Source: Takakia lepidozioides
Lineage: Eukaryota; Plantae; Bryophyta
NCBI GenBank assembly: GCA_030704615.1
Contig: CM060734.1
Coordinates: 930,001-994,000, forward strand
Direction: 5' to 3'
DNA length: 64,000 nucleotides
Shown here one piece after another: positions 38,217 through 48,387 of this stretch. Both the position numbers and the translations under genes were made by a program. A model generated the notes under the pieces. It was not told the DNA's origin. It was given only the letters and a program-made list of their open reading frames with translations, and searched no databases. The number at the start of each line of letters is the position of its first letter. The first letter of the stretch is position 1.

Positions 38217-39458
38217 TGGTCAACAAAGGCTTGCAAAAGTAACAAAAAGTAGAAAAAATACTGGAAAAAGACACAGTAAAATTTTAAGGGGGGCCGGTTC
38301 GGACCCAAATACAAATGCAATGGAAACCAAGACAAATGCATACAAAGTGCGCCTATCGTGCCTAAAGGGATGCTATAAGACTATTATGTCTTATGCAAGG
38401 ACTCCCGCCCTCACGAGATAAGGTTCTCTAATTGAAGAATGAGGTACTTTCGCTCCAACCGTAAGCTTTTTTATGTTTGCTTCTCCTTGTTTAGCGACAA
38501 AAATCTTGCTCACTATGGGCAAGCATGCGCTCAAGGCACTCATAAACATAGGGTCAAGTCTCAACCCCTAGTTGGAAAACTTATATGCCCCACCTTCAAA
38601 AAGAGGTTCGTACCTCTAAGGAAGAATGGGAGGGATTACCGCATAAGGTCATCGACGAGAAGGTTAGGTCGGCAGAGGCTTGCGCATGCCCATAGTCCTC
38701 TAATCGCTCGAGATGAACTCGAGGGAGGATCAACCAAATCCCTTCTCTCTGACCATCGGGCGTACGACAGGGGGAACCGTGTAGTCGGGGCTAAATTAGC
38801 TTGCCCGACACGATTACCATATACCCCCAGCCGCCTTCCCCATTGTAAGCGGTGGCTAAGATGGCGTCAAACGGAAGGCTCTATACGCCCGTGCTTTGGA
38901 AAGAAAAAAGACCTCGGAAGTATCCAAGGGTTGGGATTCCCCTCGGAGCCGAGCATCCCTTCGATCCAAGTTGCCCGGGCGGGCAAGGACTAGACTCTCG
39001 ACTTCTCTAAATGTGGAGACACAAAAAGAGTTAAGGTGTTTTATTCCAAACAAGTTTCGCTTGATTGCTCAAGCTCATCAGTGGAACACCAAGAGATGAA
39101 GTCCTAAGAGCCAAGCCTATCCTTATATACTAGAAAAGCACCCTCATTATGTGCAAACGATATGGGATAATTCCCAAGGCAATAATAATGCCACTAAAGC
39201 ACTAATTTAGCCTCCAAGTCAAGACTGCGTTAATTAGTCAATGGTCCAAATTAATTGTTGGAACCCTTTGACTTTAACATCAACACTAGGGCTATCAAAG
39301 AGGCAAAATTAATAATGCTAGGGACATTTGCACTACAAAATCATCCTATCATTCTAGATTTAACAAAGAATGAACTCAGCTTTCGCGGATTCCTCCAACA
39401 AATCATCGCTCGAGGAAGAAACCGAAGCTCCGGGACTTGCTCAAGCAACTCGTGGAAT
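38217..39458 (-). mobile_element. Penelope-like element copy 1: 3' region plus the last ~40 RT codons, 5'-truncated and capped by telomere repeats
   Basis: Near-identical to 42924-44166. Confidence 0.85.
39035..39090 (-). ncRNA. Type I hammerhead ribozyme (PLE family)
   Basis: GGTG-TTCCA-CTGATGA-GCTTGA-gcaa-TCAAGC-GAAA-CTTG-TT/TGGAA-taaaa-CACC; GUU triplet. Confidence 0.9.
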
Positions 39459-39508
39459 CTAGGGTTTAGGGTTTAGGGTTTTTAGGGTTAGGGTTTAGGG
39501 TTTAGGGT
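39459..39508 (+). repeat. Telomeric tract
   Basis: About 7 TTTAGGG-type units. Confidence 0.95.
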
Positions 39509-41853
39509 TCACATAAAGCGTCAAAACAAGTGTAGCAGTACAACACGGATGCACCGGGTGCAAGAGAAACACGATCTGGGCAAACAAGTTTTAGGGGGGC
39601 CAGTTATGCACCCCTAGAAAAATTTCAGATCCTTTGAATCAAACCTGAAAGGAGAGATCCTGAGAGACAGGAAACTAGAATAGAAGTATGCGAGGTGTCC
39701 TGAAATGCAACTGCAAACCTATGCAAGAGGCAAATGTGCGTATGAGAACTATTTCACTGGATGCACAGGAGAATAAGAACCCTATCTTTGTTTTGCAAGA
39801 AAATGGACACACTAGGAACAACTTAGATGCAGATCTCACATGCACTACTCAAAAGAGAGTTTATGGCATAGAATAGAAATATGCGAGGTGTCCTGAAATG
39901 CAACTGCAAACCTATGCAAGAGGCAAATGTGCGTATGAGAACTATTTCACTGGATGCACAGGAGAATAAGAACCCTATCTTTGTTTTGCAAGAAAATGGA
40001 CACACTAGGAACAACTTAGATGCAGATCTCACATGCACTACTCGAAAGAGAGTTTATGGCATAGAATAGAAATATGCGAGGTGTCCTGAAATGCAACTGC
40101 AAACCTATGCAAGAGGCAAATGTGCGTATGAGAACTATTTCACTGGATGCACAGGAGAATAAGAACCCTATCTCTGTTTTGCAAGAGAATGGACACACTA
40201 AGAACAACTTAGATGCAGATCTCACATGCACTACTCGAAAGGGAGTTTATGGCATGCCGTATAGACACAGAGTTTACATAAAGCATCAAAACAAATGTAG
40301 CAGTACAACGCGGATGCACCGGGTGCAAGATAAACACGATCCGGGCAAACAAGTTTTAGGGGGGCCAGTTATGCACCCCTGGAAAAATTTCAGATCCTGT
40401 GAATCAAACCTGAAAGGAGAGATCCTGAGAGACAGGAAACTAGAATAGAAATATGCGAGGTGTCCTGAAATGCAACTGCAAACCTATGCAAGAGGCAAAT
40501 GTGCGTATGAGAACTATTTCACTGGATGCACAGGAGAATAAGAACCCTATCTCTGTTTTGCAAGAGAATGGACACACTAGGAACAACTTAGATGCAGATC
40601 TCCCATGCACTACTCGAGAGGGAGTTTATGGCATGCCGTATAGACACAGAGCACATAACAATGCAATGATCTAAAGCAGGGGATACAAACGCATCTAAAA
40701 CTCGACAACTTCAAAGGGTGAGACCACGAGGCAAGATCATGCAAAGTAGTGAAGCCAAATCTTTATAGACCCCAGACTAATTTCGCTCAGCGCGTGAGCT
40801 CATAAGTGGGAAAGAAAATGAATGAGATACAAACCCCACCCCCCGCTTATATACTACTAGGAGTGAACTGCCTCGTGTGGACAATCTTCCAGTGGAGGTC
40901 TCGTGCGGAGAAAAACCATCCAACAGATGTCTCGTACGGAGAGAATAGTCCAAAAAGTCTCGGTGGGAGAAAGTCATCCAGTGGATGAAAACAAGTTCTC
41001 GACAAGAGAGAACTAGATCCAAAGAATAAAAATCATCCAAATAGTCAATTGCATATCTCTCAAATACAACTAACTCCGTGAGTTTATGACTATGCAACAA
41101 CCAATTATGCTGAAGTTAGAGCATGTTGTGCAAAGTCGTAAGGGCTGAAACCACTTCGAAAGGAACGCACAACTCGTAAGAGCTTTGCACACGCAGACCA
41201 TCGCGCAACCATCGTCTTGCTAAAGCCTGCAGCTGTGTTGTCCTGAACGTGTCCAACCACGATCCCCACCTTCCGACCTCCAAGACGAAACACGGCTCGG
41301 TCTTCGTATTGTTGCCTCATCACATGAATGAGCAGCTTGGTCAAAAGAATGAAGATCAACATCTGCCTCCAATACGTGAAGGCGATTAAAGATGTGTTGC
41401 AGCTAACACTGTAAGAAAGTTTAGGGTTCACATAAAGCGTCAAAACAAGTGTAGCAGTACAACGCGGATGCACCGGGTGCAAGATAAACACGATCCGGGC
41501 AAACAAGTTTTAGGGGGGCCAGTTATGCACCCCTGGAAAAATTTCAGATCCTGTGAATCAAACCTGAAAGGAGAGATCCTGAGAGACAGGAAACTAGAAT
41601 AGAAGTATGCGAGGTGTCCTGAAATGCAACTGCAAACCTATGCAAGAGGTAAATGTGCGTATGAGAACTATTTCACTGGATGCACAGGAGAATAAGAACC
41701 CTATCTCTGTTTTGCAAGAGAATGGACACACTAGGAACAACTTAGATGCAGATCTCCCATGCACTACTCGAGAGGGAGTTTATGGCATGCCGTATAGACA
41801 CAGAGCACATAACAATGCAATGATCTAAAGCAGGGGATACAAACGCATCTAAA
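39509..41853 (-). mobile_element. Array 2 of the hammerhead unit
   Basis: Partial unit with 3 sub-repeats, restart at ~40277, one full unit, then a truncated unit. Confidence 0.85.
40761..40814 (-). ncRNA. Mutated, probably inactive hammerhead copy
   Basis: CTGATGA>CTTATGA and GAAAC>GAAAT. Confidence 0.75.
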
Positions 41854-41880
41854 AGTTTAGGGTTTAGGGTTTAGGGTTTA
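41854..41880 (+). repeat. Telomeric tract
   Basis: (GTTTAGG)n. Confidence 0.95.
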
Positions 41881-42860
41881 CAAAAGAGTGGAAACAAATA
41901 CATGTAGCAGTGCAACAGAGTTCGAACCGCGAATGCACCGGGTGCATTAGTAGCAAAGTGCAAACAAGTTTTTGGGGGGGCCAGTTATGGACACCTTAGA
42001 AAGCTTGTAGAAATATCTAGCCTGTGATTCAAAACTAAAAGAATCGATCCTGAGACACAAAACTAGAATAGAACAGAGTGGGAGTGATGTTGCAACGTTC
42101 TAAAGTGCAAATGCAAGTATATGCAAGAGGCAAGTGTGTGTGATGAAACTAATTCACTGTAAGGACAGGAGAATAGTAACCTATCTCTGAGAAAGAGAAT
42201 AGACACACTAAAGAGCAGTCTTAGAAGGAGATCTAACATGTAACACTCGAAAAGGAGTTTAAAACATGCACTACAATAGACACAAAGCAAATGAATGCAA
42301 TGAACTATGCAGAAGATCAAATCTAAAACTCAACAAGAACAACAACAACGCCGCCAATGAGACAAAGAGACAAGAACACAAGATGCAGCAAAGCGAATCT
42401 ATATAATCCCCAAACTAGTTTCGCTCAGCGCGTGAGCTCATCAGTGGGAAAGAGAAGGAAAAGAGATACAATGTGCACCCCTCACCCCGCTTATATACTG
42501 CGGAAAGTGAACTTGTCTCCGAGGGGGAGAGAAAATACCTAATGGATGGAAAACATCCAAAATTGTCATGGCTGGAGAGATCGTCCAACACATGAAAACT
42601 TAGATGAAAAACATCCAAAGTTTTCTCGGCAGGGGAGAAATATCCAACGCATGAAAATCTAGATGAAAAACATCCTAATGTTCTCTCCAAAATGGATAAT
42701 CATCCAAACTAGAAGCTAACTGCATGTCTCAAATACAACTAGCCTCTAGGTTTGTAACATAGCACGAACTAGATAGGAACGCAAGTTCCGTGCCCTCTTC
42801 CAACATACCATAGGTCTGTCAAAAGACGCTAACTGCGGAACTTTCAAAAACCCCTCATGA
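41881..42860 (-). mobile_element. Diverged second family of the non-coding hammerhead unit
   Basis: Colinear but clearly diverged from the main unit; retains TGCACCGGGTGCA, GGGGGGCCAGTT, the hammerhead and the TATA. Confidence 0.8.
42407..42452 (-). ncRNA. Type I hammerhead ribozyme (diverged unit family)
   Basis: Same core and stem II as the main family; GUU cleavage triplet. Confidence 0.88.
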
Positions 42861-42923
42861 AGTTTAGGGTTTAGGACTCCCTCAAAGCTTAGAGCTTGAG
42901 TATTAGGGTTTAGGGTTTAGGGT
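42861..42923 (+). repeat. Telomeric tract interrupted by ~27 nt of non-telomeric sequence
   Basis: GTTTAGGGTTTAGG-actccctcaaagcttagagcttgagta-TTAGGGTTTAGGGTTTAGGG. Confidence 0.85.
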
Positions 42924-43739
42924 GGTTAGCAAAGGCTTGCAAAGGTAACAAAAAGTAGAAAAAATACTGGAAAAAGACACAGTAAAAATTAAGGGGGGCC
43001 GGTTCGGACCCAAATACAAATGCAATGGAAACCAAGACAAATGCATACAAAGTGCGCCTATCGTGCCTAAAGGGATGCTATAAGACTATTATGTCTTATG
43101 CAAGGACTCCCGCCCTCACGAGATAAGGTTCTCTAATTGAAGAATGAGGTACTTTCGTTCCAACCGTAAGCTTTTTTATGTTTGCTTCTCCTTGTTTAGC
43201 GACAAAAATCTTGCTCACTATGGCCAAGCATGCGCTCAAGGCACTCACAAACATAGGGTCAAGTCTCAACCCCTAGTTGGAAAACTTATATGCCCCACCT
43301 TCAAAAAGAGGTTCGTACCTCTAAGGAAGAATGGGAGGGATTACCGCATAAGGTCATCGACGAGAAGGTTAGGTCGGCAGAGGCTTGCGCATGCCCATAG
43401 TCCTCTGATCGCTCGAGATGAACTCGAGGGAGGATCAACCAAATCCCTTCTCTCCGACCATCGGGCGTACGACAGAGGGAACCGTGTAGTCGGGGCTAAA
43501 TTAGCTTGCCCGACACGATTACCATATACCCCCAGCCGCCTTCCCCATTGTAAGCGGTGGCTAAGATGGCGTCAAACGGAAGGCTCTATACGCCCGTGCT
43601 TTGGAAAGAAAAAAGGCCTCGGAAGTATCCAAGGGTTGGGATTCCCCTCGGAGCCGAGCACCCCTTCGATCCAAGTTGCCCGGGCGGGCAAGGACTAGAC
43701 TCTCGACTTCTCTAAATGTGGAGACACAAAAAGAGTTAA

Positions 43740-43795
43740 GGTGTTTTATTCCAAACAAGTTTCGCTTGATTGCTCAAGCTCATCAGTGGAACACC
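43740..43795 (-). ncRNA. Type I hammerhead ribozyme (PLE family)
   Basis: Identical to 39035-39090. Confidence 0.9.
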
Positions 43796-44046
43796 AAGAG
43801 ATGAAGTCCTAAGAGCCAAGCCTATCCTTATATACTAGAAAAGCACCCTCACTATGTGCAAACGATATGGGATAATTCCCAAGGCAATAATAATGCCACT
43901 AAAGCACTAATTTAGCCTCCAAGTCAAGACTGCATTAATTAGTCAATGGTCCAAATTAAATTGTTGGAACCCTTTGACTTTAACATCAACACTAGGGCTA
44001 TCAAAGAGGCAAAATTAATAATGCTAGGGACATTTGCACTACAAAA

Positions 44047-45189
44047 TCATCCTATCATTCTAGATTTAACTAGGAATGAACTCAGCTTTCGCGGATTCCT
44101 CCAACAAATCATCGCTCGAGGAAGAAACCGAAGCTCCGGGACTTGCTGAAGCAACTCGTGGAGTCTAGGGTTTAGGGTGGCCCCCAAGTTCAAGGCTCGA
44201 GTGTACGAAGAGTAGTCGAGCTTAAGAACAAGGGGGGCCCGTTTACCCTCAACTGCACGTTGCGTCTGTTGGTCGAGTAGAGCGGATCTGAGGTCGTAGG
44301 AGATCTTGGTGAAGCAACTCCGGATGAACGCCGCCGGATAACCTCGGGCTCGAAGACGTTTGTAAAACAAAAGTCGCAAATGGTTGAACCCTTGGATGGT
44401 GCTTTCTCGTATTACGTACCGTTGGAGCTCGCCGATGACGAAAGCTTTCTTTTGGTGATGTGGATGCCACGAGGACCAAGGCAAGTATTGATACTTGTTC
44501 TGGGCCTTTTGATGACATCTAGTAGAGAGCCGTCGAGTTTGGATGAAGTCGTCTCCTTTGAGGAAGGTGATATCCAAGATGTCGGCGGACGTCGAGCTTA
44601 TGGCGGTCGTGATTTTGATGCCATCGAACATGGAACCGTAGTTCCGTAACCAGGACCGGAGGCTCTTTTCGGAGCCTACCCAGATGCCAAAGCCGTCGTC
44701 GATATAGCGCTTAAGATAAAGCAGCTCTTGCTCCGATGGGCACACGTACTCCATGTACATCTCCAACCGACAGAGGAACAAACAAGCGTAAACAACTGCA
44801 AAGTTGCTCCCCATGGCCGTCCCGCGAATTTGGTGCCAAAAACTACCATTGAACTCAAGGTAATGGTGTTTCAAGACTAATCCAGCGAGGGTCATGATCA
44901 GGTCTTTTTTGTGTTTGGTGAAATTACCTCCAATAGCACATTCGAGCTCATACAAGCCGAGCTCGGTTATGATGCTGGGATATAGAGATTCCACGTCAAA
45001 CGTAAAAAGAAAAGCATGTGAGGGGACCTCGAGTTGGGAAACCTCTCGAAGAAGCGTGAGAGAATCAACCAAATGAGTGGGTTCCTTGAGAAGTACCGGA
45101 AGGAGTTGGTGATGGAGCCAAATTGAAGCATGCTCGAAGATGTAGTCGTTGTAGGAACAAATGGGTCTTCCAACAAGCACGGGTTTGTG
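44047..45189 (-). CDS. Penelope-like reverse transcriptase (N-terminally truncated, frame uninterrupted)
   Basis: HKP..GRPICS, FTFDVESLYPSI, YLEFNGSFWHQIRGTAMGSNFA, KRYIDDGFGIW, ILDITF; PLE thumb YLPWSSWHP..QK and RLRARGYP. Confidence 0.92.
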   Translation of the reverse strand, partial: HKPVLVGRPICSYNDYIFEHASIWLHHQLLPVLLKEPTHLVDSLTLLREVSQLEVPSHAFLFTFDVESLYPSIITELGLYELECAIGGNFTKHKKDLIMTLAGLVLKHHYLEFNGSFWHQIRGTAMGSNFAVVYACLFLCRLEMYMEYVCPSEQELLYLKRYIDDGFGIWVGSEKSLRSWLRNYGSMFDGIKITTAISSTSADILDITFLKGDDFIQTRRLSTRCHQKAQNKYQYLPWSSWHPHHQKKAFVIGELQRYVIRESTIQGFNHLRLLFYKRLRARGYPAAFIRSCFTKISYDLRSALLDQQTQRAVEGKRAPLVLKLDYSSYTRALNLGATLNPRLHELLQQVPELRFLPRAMICWRNPRKLSSFLVKSRMIG

Positions 45190-45214
45190 GGTTTAGGGTT
45201 TAGGGTTTAGGGTT
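45190..45214 (+). repeat. Telomeric tract capping the RT truncation
   Basis: GGTTTAGGGTTTAGGGTTTAGGGTTT. Confidence 0.95.
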
Positions 45215-48200
45215 TACATAAAGCGTCAAAACAAGTGTAGCAGTACAACGCGGATGCACCGGGTGCAAGATAAACACGATCCGGGCAAACAAGTTTTGGG
45301 GGGGCCAGTTATGCACCCCTGGAAAAATTTCAGATCCTGTGAATCAAACCTGAAAGGAGAGATCCTGAGAGACAGGAAACTAGAATAGAAGTATGCGAGG
45401 TGTCCTGAAATGCAACTGCAAACCTATGCAAGAGGCAAATGTGCGTATGAGAACTATTTCACTGGATGCACAGGAGAATAAGAACCCTATCTCTGTTTTG
45501 CAAGAGAATGGACACACTAGGAACAACTTAGATGTAGATCTCACATGCACTACTCGAGAGGGAGTTTATGGCATGTCGTATAGACACAGAGCACATAACA
45601 ATGCAATGATCTAAAGCAGGGGATACAAACGCATCTAAAACTCGACAACTTCAAAGGGTGAGACCACGAGGCAAGATCATACAAAGTAGTGAAGCCAAAT
45701 CTTTATAGACCCCAGACTAGTTTCGCTCGGCGCGTGAGCTCATCAGTGGGAAAGAAAATGAATGAGATACAAACCCCACCCCCCCGCTTATATACTACTA
45801 GGAGTGAACTGCCTCGTGTGGACAATCTTCCAGTGGATGTCTCGTGAGGAGAAAAACCATCCAACAGATGTCTCGTACGGAGAGAATAGTCCAAAAAATC
45901 TCGGTGGGAGAAAGTCATCCAGTGGATGAAAACAAGTTCTCGACAAGAGAGAACTAGATCCAAAGAATAAAAATCATCCAAATAGTCAATTGCACATCTC
46001 TCAAATACAACAACTAACTCCGTGAGTTTATGACTATGCAACAACCAATTATGCTGAAGTTAGAGCATGTCGTGCAAAGTCGTAAGGGCTGAAACCACTT
46101 CGAAAGGAACGCACAAACTCGTAAGAGCTTTGCACACGCAGACCATCGCGCAACCATCGTCTTGCTAAATCATGCAGCTGTGTTGTCCTGAACGTGTCCA
46201 ACCACGATCCCCACCTTCCGACCTCCAAGACGAAACACGGCTCGGTCTTCGTATTGTTGCCTCATCACATGAATGAGCAGCTTGGTCAAAAGAATGAAGA
46301 TCAACATCTGCCTCCATTACGTGAAGGCGATCAAAGATGTGTTGCAGCTAACACTATAAGAAAGTTTAGGGTTCACATAAAGCGTCAAAACAAGTGTAGC
46401 AGTACAACGCGGATGCACCGGGTGCAAGATAAACACGATCCGGGCAAACAAGTTTTGGGGGGGCCAGTTATGCACCCCTGGAAAAATTTCAGATCCTGTG
46501 AATCAAACCTGAAAGGAGAGATCCTGAGAGACAGGAAACTAGAATAGAAGTATGCAAGGTGTCCTGAAATGCAACTGCAAACCTATGCAAGAGGCAAATG
46601 TGCGTATGAGAACTATTTCACTGGATGCACAGGAGAATAAGAACCCTATCTCTGTTTTGCAAGAGAATGGACACACTAGGAACAACTTAGATGTAGATCT
46701 CACATGCACTACTCGAGAGAGTTTTATGGCATGTCGTATAGACACAGAGCACATAACAATGCAATGATCTAAAGCAGGGGATACAAACGCATCTAAAACT
46801 CGACAACTTCAAAGGGTGAGACCACGAGGCAAGATCATACAAAGTAGTGAAGCCAAATCTTTATAGACCCCAGACTAGTTTCGCTCGGCGCGTGAGCTCA
46901 TCAGTGGGAAAGAAATGAATGAGATACAAACCCCCCCCCCCCCGCTTATATACTACTAGGAGTGAACTGCCTCGTGTGGACAATCTTCCAGTGGATGTCT
47001 CGTGAGGAGAAAAACCATCCAACAGATGTCTCGTACGGAGAGAATAGTCCAAAAAATCTCGGTGGGAGAAAGTCATCCAGTGGATGAAAACAAGTTCTCG
47101 ACAAGAGAGAACTAGATCCAAAGAATAAAAATCATCCAAATAGTCAATTGCACATCTCTCAAATACAACTAACTCCGTGAGTTTATGACTATGCAACAAC
47201 CAATTATGCTGAAGTTAGAGCATGTCGTGCAAAGTCGTAAGGGCTGAAACCACTTCGAAAGGAACGCACAAACTCGTAAGAGCTTTGCACACGCAGACCA
47301 TCGCGCAACCATCGTCTTGCTAAATCATGCAGCTGTGTTGTCCTGAACGCGTGTCAACCACGATCCCCACCTTCCGACCTCCAAGACGAAACACGGCTCG
47401 GTCTTCGTATTGTTGCCTCATCACATGAATGAGCAGCTTGGTCAAAAGAATGAAGATCAACATCTGCCTCCATTACGTGAAGGCGATCAAAGATGTGTTG
47501 CAGCTAACACTATAAGGAAGTTTAGGGTTCACATAAAGCGTCAAAACAAGTGTAGCAGTACAACGCGGATGCACCGGGTGCAAGATAAACACGATCCGGG
47601 CAAACAAGTTTTGGGGGGGCCAGTTATGCACCCCTGGAAAAATTCAGATCCTGTGAATCAAACCTGAAAGGAGAGATCCTGAGAGACAGGAAACTAGAAT
47701 AGAAGTATGCGAGGTGTCCTGAAATGCAACTGCAAACCTATGCAAGAGGCAAATGTGCGTATGAGAACTATTTCACTGGATGCACAGGAGAATAAGAACC
47801 CTATCTCTGTTTTGCAAGAGAATGGACACACTAGGAACAACTTAGATGTAGATCTCACATGCACTACTCACTACGAGAGGGAGTTTATGGCATGTCGTAT
47901 AGACACAGAGCACATAACAATGCAATGATCTAAAGCAGGGGATACAAACGCATCTAAAACTCGACAACTTCAAAGGGTGAGACCACGAGGCAAGATCATG
48001 CAAAGTAGTGAAGCCAAATCTTTATAGACCCCAGACTAGTTTCGCTCGGCGCGTGAGCTCATCAGTGGGAAAGAAAAGGAATGAGATACAACCCCACCCC
48101 CCCCCCGCTTATATACTACTAGGAGTGAACTGCCTCGTGTGGACAATCTTCCAGTGGATGTCTCGTGAGGAGAAAAACCATCCAACAGATGTCTCGTACG

Positions 48201-48343
48201 GAGAGAATAGTCCAAAAAATCTCGGTGGAGAAAGTCATCCAGTGGATGAAAACAAGTTCTCGACAAGAGAGAACTAGATCCAAAGAATAAAAATCATCCA
48301 AATAGTCAATTGCACATCTCTCAAATACAACTAACTCCGTGAG
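45215..48343 (-). mobile_element. Array 3: ~2.7 units of ~1155 bp; hammerheads at ~45701-45754, 46859-46912, 48020-48073
   Basis: Head-to-tail units joined at AAAGTTTAGGGTTCACAT; all three share a stem II variant. Confidence 0.9.
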
Positions 48344-48387
48344 TTTAGGGTTTAGGGTTTTAGGGTTAGGGTTTAGGGTTTAGGGTT
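48343..48387 (+). repeat. Telomeric tract
   Basis: About 6 TTTAGGG-type units. Confidence 0.95.

Larger units (their letters stand above)
42924..45190 (-). mobile_element. Penelope-like retroelement copy 2, 5'-truncated, bounded by telomere repeats, no C-terminal GIY-YIG
   Basis: RT ORF plus a 1.1-kb 3' region with TATA and hammerhead; TTTAGGG on both sides. Confidence 0.9.

Noticed and set aside
43144-43698. 184-aa plus-strand ORF present in both PLE copies (also 38439-38993)
   Set aside because: It is antisense to the element and has no recognisable motif. The copies are too similar for its persistence to imply selection.
44047-45189. Telomerase (TERT) gene
   Set aside because: The motifs (GTAMGS, RYIDD, S.HP..K thumb, RGYP), the intronless frame and the hammerhead context match a PLE RT, not TERT.
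46363-46385. Unit as the telomerase RNA gene
   Set aside because: The template-like word is present, but the multi-copy truncated arrays with ribozymes argue for a mobile element. I identified no USE-type promoter element.
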